This document shows, in pieces, positions 1-9,284 of a DNA stretch of 64,000 nt (its first letter is position 1; each line of letters opens with the position of its first letter). The notes below the pieces were generated by a model. The model made no database searches. It saw nothing but the letters and a program-made list of their open reading frames with translations, and was not told where the DNA came from. The translations under genes and the position numbers were made by a program. Origin of the DNA: Candidatus Binatia bacterium (lineage in GTDB: Bacteria; Desulfobacterota; Binatia; Bin18); assembly GCA_963666315.2 (NCBI GenBank), contig CAXXHG010000043.1, positions 96,001-160,000 of the forward strand, given 5' to 3'.

Positions 1-972
1 TAGCTTATTGACCGACCCCTCTGGTCCGGGCGGATTGCCTTTGAGCCGCTTACTAAAACTGCGGAACATATTGTACGTGATAGCATTACATTCAATAGAA
101 AACTGGGCCAGTTTCTGACGTACGGCAGGATCTTCGCTGGCCGGCCTGCCATGAATTTCAACCGTCTTACACACCTTGAGCAGCTCAGCAAGCTGCCGAT
201 GTACCGGCAGCTCAGACCCAATCCCGGCCCGTTCGTGCATCAACGTGGTCACTAATACTTTCCAGCCCTCGTTCTTGGGCCCAATCAGATTGGTTTTCGG
301 TACGCGGACATCCTCAAAAAAAATCTCGTTAAACTCGGAATCGCCCGTAATCTGTACCAGCGGTTGAACCGTGATGCCGGGAGTTTTCATATCCACAGCC
401 AGACAACTAATCCCCCGATGTTTGGGGGCATCCGGATCGGTGCGGACAAAGAGCTGGATAAAGTCCGCGCGGTGGGCAAAACTGGTCCAGACTTTCTGGC
501 CGTTCAGCACAAAATAGTCACCCTCTTCCACCGCCCGCATTTGCATCGAGGCCAAGTCGGAACCGGCACCGGGCTCGGATAAGCCTTCACACCAAATTTC
601 GCTGCCAGAAAGAATCTGGGGCAGATGGCGTTGCTTTTGCTCCTCAGTTGCCCAATGAATCAGGGTCGGACCTGACATCAGGAGCCCCAGGGTGTTGGCA
701 AAACGTGGCGCGTGGGCCTTGTGCATCTCCTGATTGAAGATGAACATTTCCATCAGGCTGGCGCCGCGTCCACCGTATTCCTCAGGCCAGTGTATGCCCA
801 CCCAACGGTCTTTGCAGGCCGTCTGCTGCCAGGTGCGTTGGTACTCAAAGCGCGCGTCCGCGTCGATATCGTCAAAATGCTTCGGATCATAGCTTGCGGG
901 CAGGTTATCTTGTAACCAGGAGTGTAGCTCCTGACGAAAGGCTTCTTCTTCCGGGGTAAAGTTAAAATCCAT
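1..972 (-). CDS. Acyl-CoA dehydrogenase (partial, runs off left edge)
   Basis: Hand translation from ATG 972: MDFNFTPEEEAFRQELHSWL...WPEEYGGRG...WCEGLSEPGAGSDLASMQ...LNGQKVWTS...FNEIFFEDVRVP...GWKVLVTTLMHERAG; open to the edge. Confidence 0.9.
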   Translation of the reverse strand, partial: MDFNFTPEEEAFRQELHSWLQDNLPASYDPKHFDDIDADARFEYQRTWQQTACKDRWVGIHWPEEYGGRGASLMEMFIFNQEMHKAHAPRFANTLGLLMSGPTLIHWATEEQKQRHLPQILSGSEIWCEGLSEPGAGSDLASMQMRAVEEGDYFVLNGQKVWTSFAHRADFIQLFVRTDPDAPKHRGISCLAVDMKTPGITVQPLVQITGDSEFNEIFFEDVRVPKTNLIGPKNEGWKVLVTTLMHERAGIGSELPVHRQLAELLKVCKTVEIHGRPASEDPAVRQKLAQFSIECNAITYNMFRSFSKRLKGNPPGPEGSVNKL

Positions 973-1114
973 TCCGCTCTCCTCTGCGGCCCTAGCTTAA
1001 CCGCTTCAAATCTAAGGGTAAAGAGTGACACCCAAACAACGTGCGGCCTGGCAGTTCCAGCCGCTTGGCGTCATAAACAACGCATAAGAGTACAGGTCCA
1101 CAGGAGGGACGACC

Positions 1115-1621
1115 ATGGCAACAACGCCTTTTGCTTATATCGCAGCCGGGCATCATCAGATTGCCTTTGTGGTGAAAGATCTCAAAGCAGCAGAGAAATT
1201 TTTCTCTGGAAAAATGGGAGCTCCTCGTTTCTTTCGCCTCAATGATGTCGAGGTCTATGAGTCATTCTACCGGGGTGGACCGGGCGATTTTCACATGGAC
1301 ATCTCAATCGGCTATGCGGGAGATTCTCAGATCGAGCTCATTCAGCATCTCTCGGGCAGCAGTATTTATAAAGAATTTCTTGATAAACGCGATGAAGGGC
1401 TGCATCATCTGGGATTCATTGTTCCGGACCACGACCAAGTAGTGGCCGACTTTGAGGCCAATGGCTTTCCACGAATCCAAAGTGGCCGGATCGGAGACGA
1501 CCCGGGCGTTCAGTTTGCCTATTTTGATACTGAGGCGACCATAGGCGCGATCATGGAAAGTATTGTTCTTGATGACAATACTAGGAATTTATTCGATCGG
1601 ATCAAACGGGGCGATTTCTAA
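1115..1621 (+). CDS. VOC/glyoxalase family protein (methylmalonyl-CoA epimerase-like)
   Basis: HQIAFVVKD, IELIQ, GLHHLGF, FAYFDT motifs; GGAGG RBS. Confidence 0.8.
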   Translation: MATTPFAYIAAGHHQIAFVVKDLKAAEKFFSGKMGAPRFFRLNDVEVYESFYRGGPGDFHMDISIGYAGDSQIELIQHLSGSSIYKEFLDKRDEGLHHLGFIVPDHDQVVADFEANGFPRIQSGRIGDDPGVQFAYFDTEATIGAIMESIVLDDNTRNLFDRIKRGDF

Positions 1622-1681
1622 GACTCAGGACGATTGCTGAGACTGTTCAGTTGATTTGATGCAGGAGAGGAAATCTCGTTG

Positions 1682-1972
1682 TTATTCCCCTCCTGGATAT
1701 ATTTTTTCCAACCGAGAAAGTAAGTCTTCTTGGCTGCCAGGCTGCTGCACGTCTTTTGAAGGAATCGTTTCTTTGTTTCCAGCCGTCTCCGCTACATCCT
1801 GAGTATTCTGAGCATTCTGAACAGCCTGAACATCTTGAGACTGCTCTTCCAAAAGCTGCTGCTTCAGCCGAGCGATTTCCTGATCGCGTTCTTCCAATTG
1901 CTGTCGGAGCTGATAGACGAACGCCACCAGCTCGCCGTACGACAATGCTGTTATATCCGGGCCAGATTCCAT
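1682..1972 (-). CDS. Hypothetical coiled-coil protein
   Basis: 96 aa, Q/E/L-rich heptads; degenerate 9-nt repeat (QDVQAVQNAQNTQDV). Confidence 0.55.
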   Translation of the reverse strand: MESGPDITALSYGELVAFVYQLRQQLEERDQEIARLKQQLLEEQSQDVQAVQNAQNTQDVAETAGNKETIPSKDVQQPGSQEDLLSRLEKIYPGGE

Positions 1973-2086
1973 TTTTTCTTCTCATCTTCCCATCATGAGC
2001 GTGTAGGCTTTGCAACACTCCTGTCCGGTTTGGCCAAATTTTGACCAACTTTGACAAGCACAGGCTCGATTGCTACGTCGTCAGGT

Positions 2087-3172
2087 ATGGATACAAAACT
2101 GCGCCGAGCGCTGGATTCAGCCGTTGCTGAGAAGTGGGGGAAAGGGACTCTGATTGCCCGCATCGATCCCTTAGCCGGGGATGCTTCGAGCCGGAGCTAT
2201 GTTCGTTTGCACTTCAGTGGCGATAGTCCACATTCAGCCAGTTCAGCCGTGGTCATGGTTCTTGCCGGCAGTGGGTTGGCGTTGTCTTCTGACGAACTTG
2301 CCGTTTTTAACAAACCGCTGAGAGAGCTGCCTTATCTCAACCTGCATTATTTTCTTGAACCGCTCGGCGTCCGCGTTCCGCAGCTCTACGTGGATGGCCA
2401 ACAGGAGGGGTTTCTCCTGCTCGAAGATATTGGCGATCTGTCTCTGCGCGAAGCAGTCCAAGGCTTACCAGAAGCCGAGGTCGGACAATGGTACCAACGC
2501 GCTATCGATCAATTGCTCCTCATCCAAATAGCGGGCACACGGCACAAAAACGATAGCTGTATCGCCTTTCAGCAACGCTTTGATAAGCGTCTGTTCTTAT
2601 GGGAGTTTGAACATTTTGTTGAATGGGGTTTAGACAAACGTGGCGGAAAAGCGCTCTCAACCTCAGAAACGCGCACGCTCCAAGGAATCTTTGAGCACAT
2701 TTCTATTCGCCTTGATCAGGCAAATTTTTTCCTCAATCATCGCGACTACCACAGTTGGAACTTATTCGTGCAACAGGCTGGCATTCGCGTCATTGACTTC
2801 CAGGATGCCCTGCTCGCCCCGGCACCATATGATCTGGCCACATTGCTCAATGACCGCGATACACCTGAAGTGATCAGCCCTGTATTGGAAGAAGCCTTGG
2901 TCAACTACTACCACGATACCTGGAATCAGAGCGACGGCCCTTCTCTGTCTTCCGAACTGGTTTGGGAAGAATACAATCTGTGCCTGCTGCAAAAAGCGTG
3001 TAAAGTTGTCGGACGCTTCTATTATCTGGAGCTGGAAAAGGGCAAGACCGGCTATCTGCGCTATATTCCGCCCACGCTGGCAACTATTCGACGTGTTTTG
3101 GCGCGGCTGCCGCAATACACCCACCTGCAGGACATCCTTGTAGACCACTTTCCCGAACATTTCTCAGTATAA
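2087..3172 (+). CDS. amgK: Anomeric MurNAc/GlcNAc kinase (aminoglycoside phosphotransferase fold)
   Basis: LAGDASSRSYVR, LLLEDIGD, HRDYHSWN, IDFQDA, YDLATLL; directly upstream of a murU-like gene. Confidence 0.8.
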   Translation: MDTKLRRALDSAVAEKWGKGTLIARIDPLAGDASSRSYVRLHFSGDSPHSASSAVVMVLAGSGLALSSDELAVFNKPLRELPYLNLHYFLEPLGVRVPQLYVDGQQEGFLLLEDIGDLSLREAVQGLPEAEVGQWYQRAIDQLLLIQIAGTRHKNDSCIAFQQRFDKRLFLWEFEHFVEWGLDKRGGKALSTSETRTLQGIFEHISIRLDQANFFLNHRDYHSWNLFVQQAGIRVIDFQDALLAPAPYDLATLLNDRDTPEVISPVLEEALVNYYHDTWNQSDGPSLSSELVWEEYNLCLLQKACKVVGRFYYLELEKGKTGYLRYIPPTLATIRRVLARLPQYTHLQDILVDHFPEHFSV

Positions 3173-3186
3173 CTCCTAGTATAACT

Positions 3187-3930
3187 ATGCGCGCCATGAT
3201 TCTCGCCGCAGGTCTGGGCACCCGGATGCGACCGTTGACCAATTCGATTCCCAAAGCGCTTGTCCCAATCGCCGGCCGGCCTTTGATTGAATACGCCTTA
3301 CTGTTTGTGAAGGCCCAAGGCATCCAAGAGGTCGTCATTAACCTGCATCATCATGGCCAGAAGCTCAGAGAGACCTTGGGAAACGGCAGCGCTTATCGTT
3401 TGCAGATCACCTACTCTCCAGAAGATCCGATCCTGGACACAGGCGGAGGGATTAAGAAGGCCCAGCCGTTTCTCGACGGCGAACCCTTTCTGGTTCTCAA
3501 TTCAGACACCATTCTCGATTTTGATCTAACAGCATTCCTCGCCGTACACCATCAAACTCAAGCCATTGGGACGCTACTGCTCAGACCCAACCCTGACCCA
3601 GAGCAGTACGGCCTGATTGAAACTGACCAGCAAGGAGCTATTCGTCGCATTCGGGGAGAACCGGGCGAGATTATAGTCAACGCGCCCCTTGCTACTTTTA
3701 TGTTTACGGGCTGCCAAGTCCTAGAGCCGCGTATTTTTGACTACATGCCGGAAGGACAGGCCTTTAGCACTACCCACGAACTCTACCCTCAACTCATACG
3801 AAGAGGAGAAACACTCCAGAGTTTTCTTCACGCTGGAGCATGGCTAGGGGTCGATGACACAGACGGAATCGCCCGAGCCACACAAGCGATAGTCTCTGGT
3901 CAGTTGCGCTTATCCTACCTGCGCCCGTAA
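3187..3930 (+). CDS. murU: MurNAc-1-phosphate uridylyltransferase-like nucleotidyltransferase
   Basis: MRAMILAAGLGTRMRPLT...PKALVP...LDTGGGIK...LVLNSD; amgK-murU synteny. Confidence 0.75.
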   Translation: MRAMILAAGLGTRMRPLTNSIPKALVPIAGRPLIEYALLFVKAQGIQEVVINLHHHGQKLRETLGNGSAYRLQITYSPEDPILDTGGGIKKAQPFLDGEPFLVLNSDTILDFDLTAFLAVHHQTQAIGTLLLRPNPDPEQYGLIETDQQGAIRRIRGEPGEIIVNAPLATFMFTGCQVLEPRIFDYMPEGQAFSTTHELYPQLIRRGETLQSFLHAGAWLGVDDTDGIARATQAIVSGQLRLSYLRP

Positions 3931-4674
3931 CCGCTCCATGACAATCGAAGCAAAGTTATTGAGGCAGCGCTGTGCTGCTGGCGTGCTCCGAACAGTTTTG
4001 CGAAGCCAGTCCTGGAGGGGCCCCTCGTCAGATGGCCAACGCGGGAATGATTCTAGAGGCAACGCAGCTGTGTGCAAGGCAATCAACACCTGCATAAGTG
4101 CAGGCGTATATTCCGGATGGAATTGAGTGCCCCAGATGCGATCATCGAGAGAAAATGCCTGATATGCGCAGTTGTCATTGTGGACTAAAGCACGCGCACC
4201 GGGCGGCAGTTCAGTCACGATTTCTCCATGACTCTCTTGAGCCAAAAAAGACTCGGGCACTGACGCGAAGAGAACATTCCGTTGTCCTTCTTGTGTCAAA
4301 GAGACCGTTGCCGTACCAAGCTCCCAGCCGCGAGGATTTTTTTCAACACGGCCGCCAAACGTGCGAGCAACGTGCTGATGACCGAAACAGATGCCATAGA
4401 TTGGAACTGACTGATCAGCGGCCCGTTTCAGAAAATCCTCGCTCTTCGCAATCCATGGGTCGGTATCATTGGCCGAAGCAACCGAGCCGGTCACAACGAT
4501 GCCCGCAATATTGCGCGCCCAACCGACCTCAGGCAGGGTTTCCTTACGCGCGTCAACCACGGCACATTGCTCTTCTCCCAGCAGGTCCAAAAACGCCTGC
4601 TCGGAGCGGCCGAATTGCGCAATCATGCGGCGGGATAGTTCTCCGGTTTTCAGAATAAGAATAGGTTTTATCAT
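3910..4674 (-). CDS. Class I glutamine amidotransferase / gamma-glutamyl hydrolase (TdnT/AtdA2-like role)
   Basis: GICFGHQ nucleophile and QFHPE triad; last gene of the GS/Rieske operon. Confidence 0.85.
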   Translation of the reverse strand: MIKPILILKTGELSRRMIAQFGRSEQAFLDLLGEEQCAVVDARKETLPEVGWARNIAGIVVTGSVASANDTDPWIAKSEDFLKRAADQSVPIYGICFGHQHVARTFGGRVEKNPRGWELGTATVSLTQEGQRNVLFASVPESFLAQESHGEIVTELPPGARALVHNDNCAYQAFSLDDRIWGTQFHPEYTPALMQVLIALHTAALPLESFPRWPSDEGPLQDWLRKTVRSTPAAQRCLNNFASIVMERLRAQVG

Positions 4675-4685
4675 ATTTTCATTTC

Positions 4686-5294
4686 TTACAGGAAGAACGA
4701 AATATTGCCCTGAGCCTGATCTGCGTCGATGAGGTTGATCTGCTTTAGCTCGATGAGCCAGTCGTCCTCAGCTTGCCGTTGTAGTACATAGCCACCCATG
4801 CACGGTAGCGTCTGTTGTTTTCCTTTGCGATAAGTATGAATAGTCAGATTGGTGCGCACTCGCAGTTCGTCAGCACCAACCGCCCAAATCTCAATATTGC
4901 TCAAACAGTGTCGGGTCCGAGTTGGCGGAATTTGTGAGAACGCGTGACCAGTGCGTATCCGGGCAACACGGTCTTCCAAGCGCCGCCGGTCTTGCAATTC
5001 CCAGGTGATTTCGCGACGTGGGTCCTGCGGCACCACATCGCTGGGTATCCAATAGATGCAGTGCTCGACAAAGAGATTGAGCCACTCCTCGAATCGTCCA
5101 CCGTCGAGCAAGCGACACTCTTGATTGAGCAAGGCAGTAACTGTAGCGGCCTGTGAGGCAGGAACCGCTAGACCTGCCTCTGACCATTGCGCGGAAATCT
5201 TTAGCAGTCGGTCGTACAGCGCGTCATCAACATACGTCGATGGACCTGGGTGTTCTCCCAGCAGGTGGCGTTTTTTACTGGCAGAGGCGCTCAT
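4686..5294 (-). CDS. Aromatic ring-hydroxylating dioxygenase beta subunit
   Basis: ECRLLD..FEEWL.LF...YWIP, LEDRVARI, PPTRTRH; overlaps the alpha stop codon. Confidence 0.9.
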   Translation of the reverse strand: MSASASKKRHLLGEHPGPSTYVDDALYDRLLKISAQWSEAGLAVPASQAATVTALLNQECRLLDGGRFEEWLNLFVEHCIYWIPSDVVPQDPRREITWELQDRRRLEDRVARIRTGHAFSQIPPTRTRHCLSNIEIWAVGADELRVRTNLTIHTYRKGKQQTLPCMGGYVLQRQAEDDWLIELKQINLIDADQAQGNISFFL

Positions 5295-6640
5295 CCGTTC
5301 TTTCCCTGACGCTGGTTACTCAAGTCGATACGCACCTCGCTACGCATAAGGCGTTGCCACTCGCGGTAAAAGGTCCGCATGGTCAGGTCACTGGTGACGA
5401 GCGCACGTATCCCGTCCTGTTCTTGGACTTCTGTCGGACTGTTCAAATGCCGGCTGCAATCAACCCACTCGTCTTCCTTTATGCCTAACCCCTCTTGGCA
5501 CGCCTCAAAGTTTTCCACATCATCGACTTCCCCAAACATTGGAAAATCTTCCTGGGTTCGCATGCGGAGCGTGTTAATCTCGTCAGGGAGGTCCGCCACG
5601 CTGGTGGCAAACCACCACACGTCGGTCTTGTCGACTGCAATAGGGTCAACCAATTGGATCTGATTACCAATGAGCAAGAGATTGGGAAAGATGTTCAGGT
5701 TCATTCCCGCGCCAACGGCAAGTTCGAGCAGGCGTTTTGCCTCCTGCTCGCCGTAACGGCTCTGCAGTTCGGCTTCGTAGTGCTCACGGCCTGGTTGCGG
5801 GCGTTGTGCGGCCCAGGCGGAGTCGGCAAACATTTCCGGGCGTTGGTCCACATAAAAATGGCCGTTATCAAAGCATTTGACGAACATCCTGGATTCGTCA
5901 ACGTTCCCACCAAAATAAGACATGTCCCGGTCGGCACCATAACGCTGACTTGTCATCGACAGCAGCGAGAGGTGGGAGTACGCGGGATGGTAGCCATCTC
6001 CTTGGTTATCGGTGACAAATTTCCAGTTTGCAGCGATCCGATAACGCGGTGTTCCCGTTACCACAATGGCGCCACCATCATAGCGATCAATCCAATCATC
6101 AAAGGGGCTACGCACGCCAGCCAGATATGCTTCGATTTCTGGTGCTTCTGAATTGAGCGTCCCAAAAATAAAGCCGCGATACGATGTCACGCGTGGCACT
6201 TGAAGCAAATTATATCTGCGGCTGCTTCGATGGTGTCTGTAGGCATCCCTCAGCGGTACCGATACGGAACGACCGCTGAGATTATACGACCACGCATGGT
6301 AGGGGCACACGAACATCTTGGTCGAACCTCTATCCGCCCGACACACTTTTGCCCCTTTATGCGCGCAGCGGTTGAACAACACGTGAATCTCACCAGTGCT
6401 GTCCCGGGTGAGGATGACGGGGCGTCCACCAAAGCGCCGGGTGATAAAGTCATTGGCGTTCGGAATCTCGCTTTCATGGCCCACGAAGACCCAGGCGCTG
6501 CCAAAGATATTGACCATTTCACGCTTGAAAATATCACCATCAGTATAGACCGATCGATGGATCCGACTCGGGTGGACGACAAAGCCCCACTTATCGGCAA
6601 TATCGTTGCGTTTGTGTTCAGCTAGTGTGGTGACACTCAT
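5291..6640 (-). CDS. Rieske dioxygenase alpha subunit (aniline dioxygenase-like)
   Basis: NRCAHKG...CPYHAW Rieske motif; DGYHPAYSH and DDVENFE mononuclear Fe ligands. Confidence 0.92.
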   Translation of the reverse strand: MSVTTLAEHKRNDIADKWGFVVHPSRIHRSVYTDGDIFKREMVNIFGSAWVFVGHESEIPNANDFITRRFGGRPVILTRDSTGEIHVLFNRCAHKGAKVCRADRGSTKMFVCPYHAWSYNLSGRSVSVPLRDAYRHHRSSRRYNLLQVPRVTSYRGFIFGTLNSEAPEIEAYLAGVRSPFDDWIDRYDGGAIVVTGTPRYRIAANWKFVTDNQGDGYHPAYSHLSLLSMTSQRYGADRDMSYFGGNVDESRMFVKCFDNGHFYVDQRPEMFADSAWAAQRPQPGREHYEAELQSRYGEQEAKRLLELAVGAGMNLNIFPNLLLIGNQIQLVDPIAVDKTDVWWFATSVADLPDEINTLRMRTQEDFPMFGEVDDVENFEACQEGLGIKEDEWVDCSRHLNSPTEVQEQDGIRALVTSDLTMRTFYREWQRLMRSEVRIDLSNQRQGKNG

Positions 6641-6675
6641 CGGTCTTCTCCATCTTGCGTCGATGAAAGGAGCCC

Positions 6676-8155
6676 TTAATACAGCTCAAAATACTCTTTG
6701 TGTTCCCAGTCGGTCACATAGGCGAGGAAGCGGGCAATTTCGAATCGTGTGAGTTTCAGAAAATAGTCTACGAATTGATCGCCAAACCCGGCTCGCAACG
6801 CAGCAGAGTGATCAAGCGCATCGACAGCCTGCATCAGGCTATTTGGTAGGGGTGGTTTATCGATTTGTGCGTAGGGATCATCTTGGATCGGATCGCCCGG
6901 GTCGGAGTTATTACCTATACCATCAAGACCAGCATGGATCTGCGAGGCCATGTATAGATAGGGATTGGCGCTCGGGTCACCGCTTCGATTCTCAATATGC
7001 GTGTCCGACGCTCCGTATCCGCCGACCAGGCGCAGCATGGCGCCACGATTGTCGTGTGACCAGATGATTCGGTTCGGAGCCAATAGGTTAGCGTTGAGGC
7101 GTTTATACCCATTGATGGTCGGGTTGGAAAAGGCCGTCGCAGCAGCAGCATGTGTCAGCAAACCGCCAATATAATACCTGCCAACATCGCTCACCAAAGT
7201 GTGCGCATCGCTGGCGGCGAACGCATTGCTAGCCGAGTCCTTATCCCGCAAAGACTGATGCAAATGCCAGCCGCTAGAATACACGTTTGGCAGCGCTGGC
7301 TTGGCCATGAAAGTGGCGAGGCGGCCTTGCCTACGCATCAGGTGCTTGGTCGCCGTGCGAAACATTAAGAGGGTATCAGCCGCGTCGAGACCGGTTAAGG
7401 GATTAAAAGTGACTTCGAATTGTCCCGGTCCCCATTCAACCTCAATGGTCCGTAACGGCAATCCAAGCGCAGCCATGGCATCACGCAGCTGATCCGCCAG
7501 CGACTCAAGAGCGTCGATTTGACCACTCCCGTGCAGCTGGTAGCCGTGATTAAGGGCGCGTACCGTTGGCGGCTCGGCCGGCTGCCCGGAATCGGTCAGT
7601 GAAAGACACGGATCATCAATATCAAAAATGTAGAACTCGAGTTCAAGTCCGGCGACAAAGTGATAGCCTTGCGCTTGTAACGCGTTGAGGGCGTTGCGCA
7701 GGACATAGCGGCAATCGAAAGGACAGCGGCTGCCGTCTTTTAGGTATAGGTCAGAGAGTATCCAGGCTGTCTGCGGTGCCCACGGCAAGACCTTCAGCGT
7801 ACAGGGGTCAGGCACCAGTACCATGTCACCCCCACCGCCCATTTGCTCCATACCAAAACCGCCGTCACGATCGAATAGAGGGAAGGCAATCATGTTGGCG
7901 GTATCCATACCGAGCGTCGCCACCGTCTCTGCAACACCATTGCGTAACGCCAATAGAAAGTTTTGCGCGGTTAGGCTTTTACCCCGCATCAAGCCGTGCG
8001 GATCGCAAGTACGCCACACGAACCGTCTTGATACCGTGCTCGTCAAGTAGCGCAGGAAGACGCTGCGCTGCATCGGATTGCACCTCGCTCCAGGCGTCTG
8101 CTTCAGCAATGAAATCTTTGCGGCCTATCGTCAATTCACCCGCATCATCAACCAT
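6676..8155 (-). CDS. Glutamine synthetase-like gamma-glutamylation enzyme (TdnQ/AtdA1-like), frameshift near 8008
   Basis: DPHGLMRGK, GLELEFY, EVEWGPGQFE, SGWHLHQS, NRGAMLR, ENRSGDPSANPY. The true N-terminus (ATG 8155, ...DFIAEADAWSEVQSDAA...GIKTVRVAY) lies in another frame, one extra base. Confidence 0.85.
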
Positions 8156-8160
8156 TGGGA

Positions 8161-9264
8161 CTACCTTTCCCTATGATCCCGTTCTTGGCCCGGCTCTTTG
8201 GGATGTGCGTACGGGTGAGGCCGATCCATCTGAACGTCAAAAGGAATCTGTGCTAGACGCTGCATACTGTCTTTATACGCGGCAACGAGGCGGTCTTCAG
8301 CCTCATAGTTGAAAGGGTCTTGGAGGCGTTTTTCAATTTCTCCACCGCGCTCTGGCTGATTTTCCAAATACCACTGCACCGTCTTCTGTATAGCATCTTC
8401 AACCGGGTAGAGGTCAGTATAGCCGAGTTGGGTTTTGATTTTTGTCAGATCAACAACGCGGTGATGCGCTGTCTCTTGCATGGTGTAAGGTCGCGCCGGA
8501 CGGGCCAGATCGTTGGGCATACTCACCACTTCCAACTCGTAGCTCATCACCTTGGCGATGACTTCAATGACCTGATGTATCGTGAGCTGCGTTTCATCAC
8601 CGCAGTTATACAATTGCCCGGCTGATGCCTTGGGCTTATCGATCGCAAGCAGAACCGCATAGGCCAAATTGGCCGCATAGCCATGCGTGAAAAGCGTCAG
8701 ACCACCGTCGGCAACAATCATATATGGGCGTTTATCCAGAATACGACGCATCACGCTCCACTCTCGCGGGACGAGTTGGTAGGGGCCGTACACATACGGA
8801 TAGCGGAAGTAGGCGGCTGTGGGGTGATATTCCAACACGGCTTGTTCGGTTTGGGCGATCAGATAGGCAAAACGCAGCTCTTCTTCACTCTCGACAACGG
8901 GCGCATCCTCGGAAACCGCTAACTTGAGCCCGACCGGAAATAGAACGTGCGGGTTCATATAGCCCCGATAGCTGGCGACTCCACCCACGCCAACAAAGCG
9001 GCCGATTTTCCCAACCAACGCTTCGGCCACAAAACGAATACGACCATAGGTCACGACCGCAAGATCAAACGTCCGTCCGGACAGCGCCGCGTCTATGGTT
9101 TCTCGAAAATGCGGATCGCCGTGAATATGCTCCACTTCAGGTGGGATCTCAGGAATCTCGTGCGTTCCGCGGTGAAAGATGGTGACGTTGTAACCACGCT
9201 CAATCAACCCATTCACAATAAACGGCCCGGTCGGCCCGGTTCCCCCAACGACAAGTGCCTGCAT
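8161..9264 (-). CDS. NAD-dependent epimerase/dehydratase family protein
   Basis: VVGGTGPTG Rossmann start, RYPYVYGP, YNCGD. Confidence 0.8.
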   Translation of the reverse strand: MQALVVGGTGPTGPFIVNGLIERGYNVTIFHRGTHEIPEIPPEVEHIHGDPHFRETIDAALSGRTFDLAVVTYGRIRFVAEALVGKIGRFVGVGGVASYRGYMNPHVLFPVGLKLAVSEDAPVVESEEELRFAYLIAQTEQAVLEYHPTAAYFRYPYVYGPYQLVPREWSVMRRILDKRPYMIVADGGLTLFTHGYAANLAYAVLLAIDKPKASAGQLYNCGDETQLTIHQVIEVIAKVMSYELEVVSMPNDLARPARPYTMQETAHHRVVDLTKIKTQLGYTDLYPVEDAIQKTVQWYLENQPERGGEIEKRLQDPFNYEAEDRLVAAYKDSMQRLAQIPFDVQMDRPHPYAHPKEPGQERDHRER

Positions 9265-9284
9265 GCTTCTCCTTTGTGTTTTCT

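Noticed and set aside
176-915. Plus-strand ORFs here and many similar antisense ORFs in the track
   Set aside because: They are shadows of clear opposite-strand genes.
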